Assembly (NCBI RefSeq): GCF_009834535.1
Contig: NC_045696.1
Location: forward strand, 104,906,001 to 104,970,000
DNA: 64,000 nucleotides
Source of the DNA: Camelus ferus
Taxonomy: Eukaryota
Direction: 5' to 3'
This document shows, piece after piece, positions 11,664 through 25,109 of this stretch. The translations under genes and the position numbers were made by a program. Each line of letters opens with the position of its first letter. Within the stretch, counting starts at the first letter, position 1. The notes under the pieces are model-generated. The model saw only the letters and a list, made by a program, of their open reading frames with translations. It had not been told where the DNA came from and did not search any database.

Positions 11664-13094
11664 TGTATTAATTATTGATTATTATAATTTACTGTGCATT
11701 ATCTCATTTATAGCTAGTGTTTAATGAGTGCATACTATGTGTCAGTCTTAACATTTCACATGTATATTAACGCATTTATCACAGCAGCCTTCTAAGATGA
11801 GTACTAACTAAATACCTTCCTCAAGGTCACCCAGCTAATGAGGTCAACTCTTACACACTACCCGAGGGATGGGCAATGTCTGGTGAGTGCCACTGTATGT
11901 CAGGCACCTTTTATACTTGGGAGGATTGAATCCAAACAGCAACCTCTGGGGCCCAGGTCCTCATCTCATCGGCAATGCAGTTATGCTGTTAACCATCGCT
12001 ACTCCGCAGCATTGCTGCAAAGCTTAAAGGAGATGATTATGTAAAGTGCCCATCAGAGTGATCAGCACCTTGTCAACACTCGTTAGACGTGCTGTCTCTT
12101 ACCTTTCATTTGTATGACAACAGAGATCTCAGAAAAAAGGGAAGATCCAGATTTTAAAAGTTTCACACAGATAATTCACACAGAAAATGAAAGTTATGAT
12201 CGCCTACTTCTCTTGTTGTGCTTTTTCATGTATTTAATGGAAGTGAAATAAAGGACAAATGTGTCTGTCTCTGATTTGGTTTTGGGCTGTCAGCCACTGC
12301 ATCGGAGCTTACTGGGCTAGATCAGAAACACTACGTTCGCAGGCCACATCCCCGTTAGGCACATCTGAGATCCATTTCAGGTTCCCAGCGCAGCTGACCT
12401 TCTCTGACCAAGCAGATAACCACAGGGACCCCGATCAAGGTTCAGATTCCTCCTTAAAGAGCCGCACAGGTGGAGGAACGGCCCTGCGGCCCAAAGCAGG
12501 CAGGTATGGGATGCAGGATTTATTGCCCTTTCCCAGATCCCCCAAGAGTGAGGATCAGAAGGCTTCAGGCACCTCGGGCCATCACCACAGAGACTGCCCC
12601 AAGTGGCTGCTGCCTGGAGACAGCTCCCCTCCAAAGGGCGGGCACAGCCATGTGTGTGCCCCCGGCAGGGCAGGCCCTGGGGACAGGCAAACATAATGGG
12701 GCCACTGGAGGCTTTGGAACAATGAAAATCACAAGGTCCAGGTAGAAGAGGAGAAGCTGAGTCTGGAGCTCCTTCTCTTCCCATCAGAGGTAATCTCATT
12801 TTAAACTTGGCCTCAAGGTTTCCAGAAACCTATTTAGATATTGTGTGGCTTCTGTGTGTGACTAGAATGTAAGTTAGAACTTTGCTGAGGAAATGGGGCT
12901 GTCAGCTCTGAGACCAGTCTGGGCCGGGGCAGGGTAAGGCAGGGCAGGTGACGGGAAGGGCCCCTGCAGTTCCTGAAGCTGAAGGGAAACGGTCAATGTC
13001 CTGGCCTGGCTGCTATTCAGGGAAGGGCACCACTCTTTACTGACCTCCCATCTGGCACGAAGCACCAAACACTGAACTGCACGCCTTAAAGAAC

Positions 13095-13240
13095 CTTCAG
13101 AGCCCTGTGTTATGGTACTACTATCCTCAGTTTCAGTAAAGGACACTGAGGTCAGGAGATGTGAGGTCCCTGCTCCAGGCCTCCTAGTCAGTAGGTGCAA
13201 GGATGCAAAGCCAGGTCTGGGTGATTCCTAAGCTCAGGGA
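13095..13240 (-). mobile_element. MIR SINE
   Basis: tatcctcagtttcagtaaaggacactgaggtcagga...aagccaggtctgggtgattcc. Confidence 0.6.
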
Positions 13241-13524
13241 GCATCGTTTCCTGGCAGCATGCTCTGTTTCCATTATTGAGGTATCGCCCTGGACCAGACA
13301 CAGCACCAGACACTCTACAGACATGGTTACATCTTAATTCTCACAACCCCCCTGGGAGCCAGAAAGAAAACTTTTTAGCCAGATGTCCATGATTTTTTTT
13401 TTTTTTTTAATATAAGACCACACAAACCTCCGACTGGCAAGAAGAAAGAAGGTGGCACTACTGTCAAAACACGTGCCTGGTCATTCCAGGGCTCTATGAA
13501 AACTCTCATCTCCTGGTCTCCCCC

Positions 13525-14970
13525 TCATGGAGAGATATACCACATTCATGGAAAGGATGTTTCAATCATTAGAGAAATGGCAGCATTTCCAAATCTGGCC
13601 TATAAATTTAATGTAACTCCATTCAGAAACAAAAGCGGGACTTGAGAAATTGACTCTAAATGTGTATTGAAGAGAAACAGACAAAGCACAGCCCCACCAC
13701 CTCTGCAGAAGAACAAAGTAAAGGACTAACCTTACCAGATACAAAAACTACACAGACTAAATATAGAGGTGTGGTAATTAAGACAGAAGGGTGTTGGTAT
13801 AGGACTAGAAAAAATGACTAATGAACCAGAATAGAGAGCCCAAGAAGACATCTTCACGTAAGTGGAACTTTAATATTTGAAAGAGACAGCATGATCATCA
13901 CAGGGGAAAAGAGAGGGTAATTCAATCCATGGAGCTGGGAGGTGTGGTTCTCCATGTGTAAAAACTGAAATTGGATCTCTAACTCATCATTCACAAAAAT
14001 CAACTGATGCTGTGTGTTTATTTATCTGTCATCTATCTTTCTGTCTTTGGAATAAGAAACGAATTCCTAAGCAAGATTAAGAAAGTTCTAGCACTGAAAC
14101 AAAAGATTGATACATTAAGTTTCATCAAAATTAAAACCTTTTGTTCATCAAAAGATGACTCAAAGAAAGAAAAAGGACAAGCCACAACCCAGAGAAGATA
14201 TCTGTGGAATAGACGACCAATAAAGAATTAGTATCAAAACTATGAAAAACACCTATAAAAAATAAGAAAAACACAAACAATCCAATAGGAAAATTAGCAA
14301 CATACATTACCAGGTACTTCCACAGAATCAAAAACACTTACAGACAATAACATATGAAGAAATGCTAAGCCTTAGTAGCAACCAGGAAATTGGAAATCAA
14401 GATCACAAGACTTCATTGTACATTCATTCAACTGGAAAAATAAGAAGGCTGAAAATACTCAGTGTTTGAGAGAATGCAGTTTAATGTGGATACTTTACCC
14501 ATCACCAGTAGGAATATAAAATGATACAAGTATTTTGAAAAGTAATTTGGCATCATCTTGTAAATCTGGACAGTCACCCATTCAAAGCCCCATCAACAGC
14601 AGAATGAATAAATGAAGTGTGTATATTTCACACACTGGAATATTAAACAGATACAGTAACATCTTAAAGTTGGCAGGCAAAAAAGTCCCAGAAGATAATA
14701 TCCAGTAAGGTACTTTTTAAAAATAAAGTTCAATACAAGTAAAACTAAACAATTTGGGTTTTAGGTATCATGTGTGATTTTTGAAAAACTTAAAAAAGAA
14801 ACAAGGGAATAATAATCTTAACATTCAGAATCACGGTCATGTCTCTGGGGTATGGGGGGGATAGAACTGGGATGAGGGACGAGCACATGGGGAGATGCAA
14901 ATTATTGATAATATACAATTCTTGGTTTGAGTTGTGAGTTCAGTGTGTCTTATATTTTTAATAAATAAAA
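13525..14970 (+). mobile_element. Old L1M ORF2/3'UTR relic with internal deletions
   Basis: Degenerate ORF2 motifs (cattcatggaaagga, agaatagagagccca, KQKIDTLSFIKIKTFCSSKD) followed by a 3' UTR. Confidence 0.8.
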
Positions 14971-17039
14971 GAGGCCCAATGAGAAGAGTGTGTCATGAAA
15001 AGAACTATGATTAATCCAATTCTGTATATCTAAGGTCCAATTTGAAAAATCTGGGATACAGGTGACATGGATTATTGGCAGTTGCCAAACACTGCCATTA
15101 TAAAGTACCTGTCCATCGTCCACATTGCTGCAGGTGGGAAATCTGTAGCCAGAGGTTTTCCATCCCCCCCTTTATACCTGAACACAGAGAGCAGGAACGA
15201 CTACTTATCCTTGTCATGCCCATGACAGACATCAATAATGGATCTGCTGAGACTTCACGCTCCTTCTCTACACAGCTCTCCCCACAGCCATTTGGGATGG
15301 AGCATGAGGAAAAGTGGCTGAGTTCTGTACAAAGAAGCCCAATCAGGATGTCAGAACTACAGACAAATCAGAGAAGAGTTCAAAGGATCACAAGTAAGAG
15401 AAAGGAGAAAAGTTAGCTGGTGGAGCAGGATTCAAAGTCCCCAAAACTGCCATGTGGCTCCCTGGTTGACAAAGCCCTGGGCACAAGACGCTGGCTGCTT
15501 GGTTCCCAAGAGGAAGGGAAAATCAGGAAAGACAACAGTGTATTTAACTTGACATGTAGGAAATATGCTATTCTGTGAGGTGTGGAGGCTGGAAATGAAA
15601 ACCAATTTCCCAAAGAAATATCTCTGTTCATGGGTGACTGGGTCATTTGGGGTCCTGGAGGGAAAATTGGATGCTCAGAGCTCAGTAAAGAAATGTGATT
15701 CCTCTAACACATCCCTGGATGTTCACTGCCAAGCAGGACCTCAGCAGGGACAGACGGATGCTAAGGAAGACCCAGGGATATGGCTGATGTCACCAGCCTT
15801 CAACTCTCCAAATGCCCCCAAAGCATCTCAAAGTCAGAACCACAGCTCAGAACAGGCACCCCACAAACTTCAGAGAGATAAAGGTCAGACACCAATGATG
15901 CATGGTTTTCTTTTGATTAAAAGCCAAAAGCTTTTGAGCCTGAGACCTGAACCATTTAGGAAGGATATCAGGATTCTAAGGAAGGAAAGAAGGGGAAGAA
16001 ATTATAAGGACCATCTCTCTCTTGTAAACTCCTTAGTGGCAAGGGAAACATCTCATAATTCCTACAGCACTTCCACTTCCTAGCAGTGTATGGGGCAGAC
16101 TATATTCTCACTAAATGCTGTTGATCGCCTAATTGATGTCTCCAATCTAAGAGTTTCAGGTAAGCAATAGGAAATCGGTACAGGAAGGATGCACCTGGTG
16201 TTAATATCATATACGCACTGAATAGGAGCAGAGGCTGGAGGAGGGAGTAGTTGGTGGCGGGAAAGGCAAAGGGAACCAGTCTTCTCAAGGGCACTGCGCA
16301 TTCGGAAAGGTTTGCTTACAGTTCAGGATCTCAACTAGGGCAGAATAATAAAAGCATTCAGACCTCACAAAAAATCATCTCTGTGTAGGAATAATAAAGA
16401 CAGAATGCCTGATGTGGTGACTCAGAGCAATAGAGTAGGCATGAGGTCAGAAATTAAGATATCGGAAGTGAGACATCACGTCTCCGTTTCCTCATCTGCC
16501 AAATGATATAACACCTACCAAGATGGTGTAAGGATTAAGTAATATGGATGTGAAAGTATGACAGAGAGTATAGAACATTACAGAAACACAAGGAAAGGTC
16601 ACTGGCAGTTTCTAAGCCAACTCAAAGATGAGACTGGGTAAAGGCAAGTTGAAATTTCTTGGAGGCAAACGCACTTCGGGCCAGGAAGACACAGTGCTCA
16701 AAACCAAGACTTGGATGGTTCAGGCACAGCACAAAAGTGCCGGGTCTGCCTAAAAATCTGTGAGTGATCATTGCTGTCCACCCCTGACCCTGGCGGGGAG
16801 GAAGGGCAGACAGGCCAACATCCCTGGACTGAGCCAGGCTAAGTCAGCACTCCAGTGGACCCTCCCTAAATCCTGGTGATGACCTCACTGCAAATGTCCT
16901 GTAGGTTAGACAACAGCAAGCAATGGGGTTGCCCAGGAAGGACCCCAGCAAGCAGCTTGTGGGGACCAGCCCCACCTCTACAGATTCACAGACTGGTCAC
17001 AAGTCTCTCTGGGCAGCAGCCTGCCACTTACCACTCAGT

Positions 17040-17220
17040 CATCACACACTTTTGTCAGTCTCTCCCAACCCGACTAGGTAAGTATTTTTATCCCCATTTG
17101 ACAAATGAGTAAGCTAAGACTTAAAATCAAGACTTAAATTGGCCCAACATCATATAACTGGTTTGTTGCAAAATCAGGATCTAAATCAAGATATATTTGC
17201 CCACAAAGCCCACACTTGGG
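17040..17220 (-). mobile_element. MIR SINE
   Basis: tatccccatttgacaaatgagtaagctaagac core. Confidence 0.65.
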
Positions 17221-18039
17221 TCCACTGTTTGGGTTGTGTTAATAAATTGATCAGTGTTAATAAATTAACACTCAGGAAAGTGCTGGTACAGTATATGAGT
17301 TTTTGGAGGGGAAGTAGGAGAAGTAGGGACATACTCTTTGGATGGGGTTTTGGAAGATTAAGGTGAGGTCTTGGTGCCCACTTGCTCATTATCCATAGAC
17401 CCAGGATTAGCTGGATGCTGGCATAACTCACCCCCCATCTCCCTTGCAGGTCAGGGAAGGAAGCAGTGGTAATGGGGAAGCAAAAGGCCCCCTGGGGTCT
17501 CCCAGCACAGGGGTCTGTGACGTAGGCTGAGTTGGGACATAAGGCAGAGGCCACATGGCTCTACAGCCACTTGGATCTGTATCTTGGAATCAGTGTGTTC
17601 CAGAACCTCTGCAGGTAGGAACAGAAAGAGAAGGAGAGACCACCAGGCCCAGAAAAAGGGTGTGGCCTAAATTACCCACAAGAAGTATTCTTGGAAAAGA
17701 AGGAAAGGCCAGGCTAGATCTCTCTAGAGAAAGAAGGCCTGCACCCCAGATTTACACCAGTTGTTGCTGCCACTCCTCCCCAACCACACCTATGCCAGGA
17801 ACTGTGGCCCAATTAAGATTTCAGGTGCTGGCCAACCTGCCCTCCTCCCTTGTAGAGGAATTGAAGATGGGCTGGGGAAGAGAGGCAGGACTACAAGTAG
17901 AGAACATGAAACTATTAACTCCCTGTTCATCCCAATAGGGTGCAAGAGAGGGGAACTCAAAGGGTGCATGAGCACCCTGAGACAGAGTAGCAAGCAACAG
18001 GGGAAGTGGGAGAGGAGAAATGACTTTTCTACACCACAT

Positions 18040-18325
18040 GCAGTCTTGAACCCTAATAGATGCTAGTGTGCCTCGCAGCGTCCTCTCCCAAGTGAAGCTC
18101 ATGTTGTTAGGGGCTACCATGGGGAGAGAACCTTGGAGAGTAAAGAAGAAAGCAGAGCTGAGAGATGGAGGAAGCCATGTCCTAATATCGCCTGAGCACC
18201 TGGATTCAGCCATGCCTGAACTCCACACCTAGACTTTTCACATATGGACCTATATAAATCCTTTGTCTGTTTGTTTGCACTAGTTTGAGTTAGGTTTTCT
18301 ATTATTTGCTCCTGAAACAATCTTG
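18040..18325 (+). mobile_element. MaLR solo LTR (MLT1-like)
   Basis: gcagagctgagagatggag...tgagcacctggattcagccatgcctgaa...tagtttgagttaggttttct MLT1 3' signature. Confidence 0.7.
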
Positions 18326-19588
18326 GCTCATATAAACATCACCACAGAGACCTAACAGAGCATGGCACATAGTGGACATTCCATAAATAAATTCAATCCA
18401 ACAACTCTGTGGCAGTCTATTTAAACCCTGGCCTTCAAAAGTACAACTTAACATCTCCCTATGCCTTCTAGGGAAAAAGAAAATCCCCCTGTTCTATTCT
18501 GACTTCTGATCTCATTGCAACATCACTTTGGTTCCTCGGGAACAGCTATGGGGAGCAGCTTATTGTCTTCTAACTTTTGGAAGAGGACTTCTAATTAAGG
18601 CAATATTAAACAGTAATAACTGTCTTATAATTTTATGGCAATGCCTATGATCACATAAATAAGCATTTTATATCCAATTAGCATTTTATATTTATTCAAT
18701 CCTAAAACAATCTAGCTTTTTTATTAATCAAATAAAATAGCATTTAATAGATATGGTTGTTTAGCTTCTGAAATTAGCCACATATAAAATAGTAGTACAT
18801 CCAATTATGCGATATATTGCCCCAAAAGAACAATACGTGCTTGCCTGCATTTCCATCAACATGACACCCATATTTAACTAAACAAGCTAAAATCAACATT
18901 TTCCAAACTTCCATCGCTTTCATAATTCTCTCACGATTTCTGCTATTGCAATGCACCACCTGTAGTAGTATTTACTTAAAGTATTTCTTTACATAGACCT
19001 ATATTGTTCATTGAAATAATTTTATTTTAAAAAGGTAACTTTATATCATGAGTTTGATAAGCTAGCTAGGCTTTAAGACAATATTAAAATAAAGACATAG
19101 CTATTAACATAAAAATGGTTTATCTCTATACCCATTTTTAAAGCCATTCTGGGTGCCAACAATGGCAGTTATGGTACCTTTGGGAGAAATGTGAGTTAAA
19201 CCACTCCACTGAGAACTCCAAGGGCATCCTGTCTCGCACCTCCCTGAGCCTACCCGTGTCACACAGCAGCTACCTGTCTGGCTCTCACACACGCAGGTGG
19301 GATTCCACCTTGGGCCCTGTGGTGAGCCCTCTCCTTTTTATTAAGCATTTAGTTACTTAATGATTGACAGACCAGGAACTTGGCAGTAAAAAGTTAGGAT
19401 CACCTTTTACATGATGCGTGACTGCTTTGATTCTGCAGGAAAATTGCATTTTAAGCAAAGGGTGCATTTCTGAAGGTGTCAGACAATTTAAAACAGCCAC
19501 ATTTCCAGACCTACGGAAAAGTACAAAGTAAGGGAGATGAAACCTGCAAGCACATAAATCTGCAAATACTCTTGCATATTTTATTTTA

Positions 19589-19833
19589 TTTTATTTTAAA
19601 TTTTTTTATTGAAGTGTAGTTGATTTATAATGTTAGTTTCAGGTGTACAGCAAAGTGACTCAGTTATATATATACATACATATATGTGTTTTTTCTTTTC
19701 AGATTCTTTTCCATTATACATTAGAATAAGAAATTGAATATAGTTCCCTGTGCTATATAGTAGGTCCTTGTTGTTTATCTATTTTATATATGGTAACGTG
19801 TATCTCTTAATCGCCAACCCCTAATTTATCCTA
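19589..19833 (-). mobile_element. Young L1 3' end with 14-bp TSD
   Basis: Antisense L1 terminus homologous to 2235-2460. TSD catattttatttta at 19575-19588 and 19834-19847. Confidence 0.9.
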
Positions 19834-21360
19834 CATATTTTATTTTAAAGCTGCTTTTTATTTTTTCAGCACTGGTCCACATATTCCACAGAGTCCTCGC
19901 CCCTATGTTACTGGACAGCATATCATGGCAGTGGCCTGGTCTCCTCCTGGTATTTCATCAGGTCCAAACTTATTGACATTCAGATGCAATTTTCAGGACA
20001 AGTAATGCTTCTTAATGAACACATGAATGATATTTATACCCTTACAGGGTATTAAAAAAAGGATTCCGATGATAATAATTAAAGTCACAGCCCAGTGGTT
20101 ACCAAAACGCCTAGCAGCCTGCCAATGCATGCAAGCAACAAAAGGATGCCCAGGATGTGGACCAAAAATGGGGTCTTTCTGCTTACCAGTTCAAGGGTGA
20201 GCGCAGTTTACAGTTCAGCCAGCTGGCTTTGCAATCGTGCAATTTGTAAGGAAAAAAATAAGGGAGAGCCAAATGCGTTCCAAATTTTTGCATAAAGCGA
20301 TACTTCTAAAACTTTCATATCACTCTTGTCAAATCTGCTAACTCACTGCACGTGGATTACACCTTTGCTGGCAGGGACTTTAGAAGGGAGGACATTGGAG
20401 AGTACCGTGGACTGCAAGGTGGGTGGGAGAAGTCTTGCGGTGGTAGGTTAGCCCAATGTGGGGCGGGAGAAGGAGCTTGTCACTTGTCAGCACCCCAGAT
20501 GCAGTAGGCTCAGTGCAGAACTGTTGAACACATGATCCCAATTGATTCTCACCACCCGTCTCTTTTAGAGCTAAGAAATCGGAGGGCTCAGGGAGGTTCT
20601 GGGATGTGTCTACTGGTGCAGGTTCTGAGAACTCTCCAGAAAGCAGCCTTTACTTCTGGCGTGGAGAAATGAAGGCAGGCAGAGCGCAAAGGGAGATGGA
20701 GGAGCGGAGAGTGGGAGAGCTCAGTGACAGGCCATGCGGCGGTAAGGGGCACAGCCTCGTGCAGAGGGCGCTGGCGTTCTGCAAGTGGGGAGCAGAAACC
20801 CACGCAGGAGGGAAAACTCTCCCAAAGGCGGGGGGAGATGAAAACCACAGCCCCGGAGCACGGGAGAAAAGTGAGCAGGAGAGGATGCGGAGGAGGGGCA
20901 TCCTGACCCTGGGGCCCTAGGGGGCTGCAAAGGTGCCTGTGAGGCCCACACCACACCTGCAGCCAAGACAGGCAGAGGACGAGGGTGCTGGTAGGCGCTG
21001 CCACATCAGAGCTGGAACCCCAGAGAGGCCCTGGACCCAACATTTTTCACCGGTGTGACCTGGGCTGGCTATCATTTCTGTCCTCAATGGCGTCTGTGAG
21101 GACGGACTAAGTAAAAGCAGTCCAAGTGCTCCCCACGTTGAAAAGCAAATGACGGGGCCTGTCCCAGGGCAGCGGGCTTTCCCTGCACCTGCTGAGGACG
21201 GAGTGTGGCTGGACTCCTTTCCATATTAAACACACGAGATGACACATGTCTATCATATTCTGTCCTTGAACTTACCAAGGGTGACTAAGTAATTGCCATG
21301 CAAATCCATCTGTGTTGCAAGCCCCAGACCCCTGATTTTTATTCATATAAAAATTTCCAT

Positions 21361-21440
21361 GGAGTATAGGTCAGTGGTAGAGCATAAGCTTAGCATGTGC
21401 GAGGTTCTGTGTTCAATCCCCAATACCTCCATAAAAAAAT
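21361..21440 (+). mobile_element. Short tRNA-derived SINE (vic-1-like)
   Basis: A-box taggtcagtggtag, B-box gttcaatccc and A-rich tail; homologous to 45385-45520. Confidence 0.8.
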
Positions 21441-22939
21441 AATCTCCAAATCCAGAAGACTTGTTTGCACAGGGATAACACTTAGCTCCCCAGTAGCTAA
21501 GCCCTGCCATGCTCTCTGGTGACTTCTTGAACTTTCTCTGCTTGAGCATCCTCCTCATGCCTTGCCCCCCCTACAGTATCACCTTGCCTCATCCAGGAAG
21601 CCTGCCTAATCCCACAGAGAGTCCAGGTTAGCAGCCCCTCCTCGTGCTCCCAGAGCCTCCAGATGTCTGTTCACATCTTGGTCTCCCCATGAAGACTATG
21701 AAACCCTGGGGGTAAGGGTTATCTCTTCTTCATCCTTGCATCTCACAATCTAGCAGAGCAACCAGCACATCACAGATGCTTAATAGACATCTGAGGAGTA
21801 GAAACTGACTATGTCCTGATGCTGCACAAATATTATGGGATATAGACCAAGGAGTCACTGTATTTGAGGGTTCTTTTCATTATGTTGGGACTTTGCTCTC
21901 AACACCATACTTTAAAATTCCACCCAGTTGAAGGTTGCCCATCTTTGTGAAGACTAGCATGATTTCTTTTTTCTTTTTTTCTCTTGTTTCTTTGTTGTTT
22001 TAATGCATGAAAATCAAAGGGAGGGTCTAACTGGGCCCAATGAGGTGAAGGGAATGTTTGTCACGCCAACTGGTGGCTCTAAGTCAGCGCTTCCCTGAGA
22101 GGAAAACATGGCGCAGGGCGGCGAAGGCAGGAGCTACAACAGCTCCATCTTGCTCAGCAAGTGCCCCTGGGTCCCCAAAGCAGCATTCCCATTAAGGTGT
22201 CTTTAGAAAGTGCCAGCTGTATGATGCTAAGACAACTAGAAAAGCCGGGAGAGAGCGGGCCCGCCTCCCAGTGCTAAGTTGGAATCTAGACCATTCTCAC
22301 TCCTCTGAGAATTCAGACAGAACCTCCTCTTTCCCTGTCAGAGCCGCTGCCTGCTTCCTCCCTCATCACTGACTGGAGTTGTCAGGACCAACTGAAGCTG
22401 CCACACAGGTAGGACAGGTTTCCAAACACAAAATCAAAAGCCACCTGCTCAAGGTATTCCAGCTCCTACAGCTCAGAAGCTGAACTCAGAGGGGTTTGGT
22501 GCTTCTAAGTTTTTTTTTTTTTTTTTTTTTTTTACTGCCCTCAAGGTGTGCAATTTGTTTTTTTGTGTGTCTGGTGCCTCAACAGGCCTCACCAGAAGGA
22601 CCCAGAGCCCTGAAGGCAGGAGACCTGGACACCTTCCCCTGCACGTGGTGGACAAATCCCACTACCAGCAGTGGTGTCACTGTGCTGCTGGCTGGCTTGC
22701 AGAAAAGGAGTCCTAAGGAAGCGCTCTTCCTTTTCTATCATATTTCCATTATCTATAAAGTAGAAGCTCCAAACCAAAGACATCATGGCAAGCAGCCCTT
22801 GGAAGGAGACCCTGGCTGATGAGAAAGGTGGGGCCCCTTGGGGGTTGAGCTAAAATATGAGTGTGATGAGCTTCACTGGCTGTTTTCAGTGGTTCCACTT
22901 GCCATCCGCGGTTTGCTGTCATTGGGTCATGCCATCATT

Positions 22940-23180
22940 AACATTTTCAATATAAGTTTTTGTCCCTTTCTCATATTCTTTCCCTAGGGTAAATTTCCAG
23001 GACTCTAATTACTGCGTGAGGGGTATTAACACTTCAAGAATCAGTTAATACGTGTTGCCAAAGCACCATGCCACCAGTGGTCTGCAGGGTCCCAGCATGG
23101 CCATTGCTTAAGATCTTTTCAAATGGTGTAAGCAGAAAGGAAAAGGTAGTTATACTTCCAGTTTTCTTTAACTGGATTAT
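22940..23180 (-). mobile_element. Old L1ME fragment
   Basis: tttccctagggtaaatttccagga...tgttgccaaa antisense L1 ORF2-end motifs. Confidence 0.5.
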
Positions 23181-23889
23181 TAAAAATAGTTGACTCTCCA
23201 AAAGATAGAAGAACTAACATCAATAAGGATGCTTCCCTTTTCTAGGACGGCTACGCCAAGGGGGATCTTTTAAACAGCATCAAGCTAGATAACAGGTGTG
23301 TATGATCCATCCTTAAGCCAAGCAGAGAACCCGAGAACAGTCACTGAGGATGAGCAAGTGTATCTTCTTTGTAGATACCCAGCCCTTACAGCAACCCTGT
23401 GTCTCAGGCATCTCTGCATCTTTCAAATATGGTCCAGGAACACCAGCCCATAACCAGCCCCCAGGTGTGCGATGGATGCTGCCGATAAACCCAGCTCTCT
23501 GGCGCTCTGTGTTCTGGTGCCAGAGCTGCATTAATCCACCCCGAGACTTACCTCTCCTAACAGCCAGGAGAGAACACAGCAACAACGACCTGTCGCTAAG
23601 GGCAGAGCTGAGCTTGATCAAGAAACACGGGAAGGCACAATTCCATAAAGAAAAGCAGGACAGGGGAGACCCGCCCAGAGCAACAGAGAACATTTAAGTT
23701 AGGGTCTCAACAGTCTGGGCTGATGGGGAGGGGAAAACAGAATCTCTGCTACTAGACTTAACAGAAAGCTACCTGTGCTCCACAGACGGGGGCAGCAGGG
23801 GTGGACAGAGCAAATCCCCTCCTCAGAGGATGCTGGACCCTGTGTCAAGTGAAGGGATGTAGGGGCTGGGGGCTGCCTGCTGGAAACTG

Positions 23890-24060
23890 AAGGTTAGACG
23901 CCCAGCTTTGCCACTTACAAAGGGCAAGATCTGAGCCCCTCGAGGCCCTCCGATCATACTCCCTCAAAGGGCTGGGGTGAAAAGTAATGAGATAACACAG
24001 CGCAATACCCAGTAGCACACAAGCATGCAATAAAGACAGGCAATAAAGGGTAGCTATTAT
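23890..24060 (+). mobile_element. MIR SINE
   Basis: cccagctttgccacttac...taatgagataaca...caataaa. Confidence 0.55.
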
Positions 24061-24364
24061 TTTCAATAATTACAGTCACGATTCACAACAAAAACCTTTA
24101 TGCACATGAGATAACTTACTTTAAAATTTTCAACATACTCTAGAACTTGCTTTATAAAAGTTCAGTTCTATTTCTAAAAACTCAGCCAAAACATGCAAAT
24201 ATGATTGTGTTTCCTCATTAATATCATAGAGGAACACATATCTAATCTACCTTCCTGGGTTAGGACAACATGAGACGAGAGATGTTGAGGAGTTGGAAGC
24301 CCGGAAGTGCTAAATTAGAGGTGATTCATTTATGTCTATTATACTTGGACAACAAGGCTTAAGG

Positions 24365-24563
24365 TTGTACTGTTCAATGTAGTAGCCACTAGCCATGTGT
24401 GGCTATTTTAATTTAAATTAATTAAAATTAGACAAGTTTAAAAATACAATTCCTTGGTTGCACTAGTCACATTTCAAGCGTGCACGTTACTGGAAGCTGC
24501 CATACTGCATAGTGCAATACAGAACATTCCCTTAACTTCAGGAAGTCCTACTGGACCACACTG
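24365..24563 (-). mobile_element. MER3-like hAT-Charlie MITE
   Basis: gtagccactagccatgtgtggctattttaatttaaattaatt...cactagtcacatttcaag...agaacattcc. Confidence 0.8.
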
Positions 24564-24699
24564 CAGCCTGGATAACACAACCTGGAACTCAGGGCACCAG
24601 GCCCTAAGCACGGACCCCTGTAGGAATCTCAGAGCAACCAAGATTCCTTTACCTTTCCTCCCTCAATTTTATCTCTAAGTCACTATATTTAAATAAGCT

Positions 24700-24880
24700 A
24701 TTTTTCGTGGCAGCTATAGACCTTTTTGAGAAGCTGATAAAAGCAATGGATTCTCTCCCCAGGAAAAACAATGCACGTGGGAACACAAACACACAATGAC
24801 ACACACACAAATTTTGCAAACAGTGTCAGAGTTTCAGGAAGTACACACCCTTGGACCCCCGATTAGGAACCTTGGTCTAG
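24700..24880. mobile_element. hAT-Charlie non-autonomous relic (MER-type)
   Basis: gacctttttgagaagctgataaaagcaatggattctctccccagg...acacaaattttgca...ttaggaaccttg; exact subfamily not determined. Confidence 0.55.
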
Positions 24881-25109
24881 AGAACAATCCAGAAGGCTTA
24901 TTTATCAAATAGCCGACTGATTTAAAGCTGGGAGGAATATTGAAGAGGTTTTCTGAGAAACAAAGCTCAAAAAGCTCTATTTCTATTCCAGACCACTTTA
25001 TTTGGGGCGTTCCTTCCTGTGTCCTTATTTAGACAGAAATGCTCAGCTCCTCGCTGCTAAGTTCGGTCCACTCCACTCTGCCCTTGTGGGTCTCCTATAT
25101 CACAGATGA

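Noticed and set aside
12095..12150. Minus-strand AAG|GTAAGA donor preceded by ATG; similar lone donors at about 1846, 20176, 21275 and 40081
   Set aside because: No convincing paired acceptor; isolated consensus donors are expected at this frequency.
18575..19190. AT-rich block possibly derived from a Charlie-type DNA transposon
   Set aside because: Could not identify termini or family with confidence.
19870..20001. Plus-strand 132-nt candidate exon with open frames
   Set aside because: Weak donor (CAA|GTAATG) and unrecognisable peptides.
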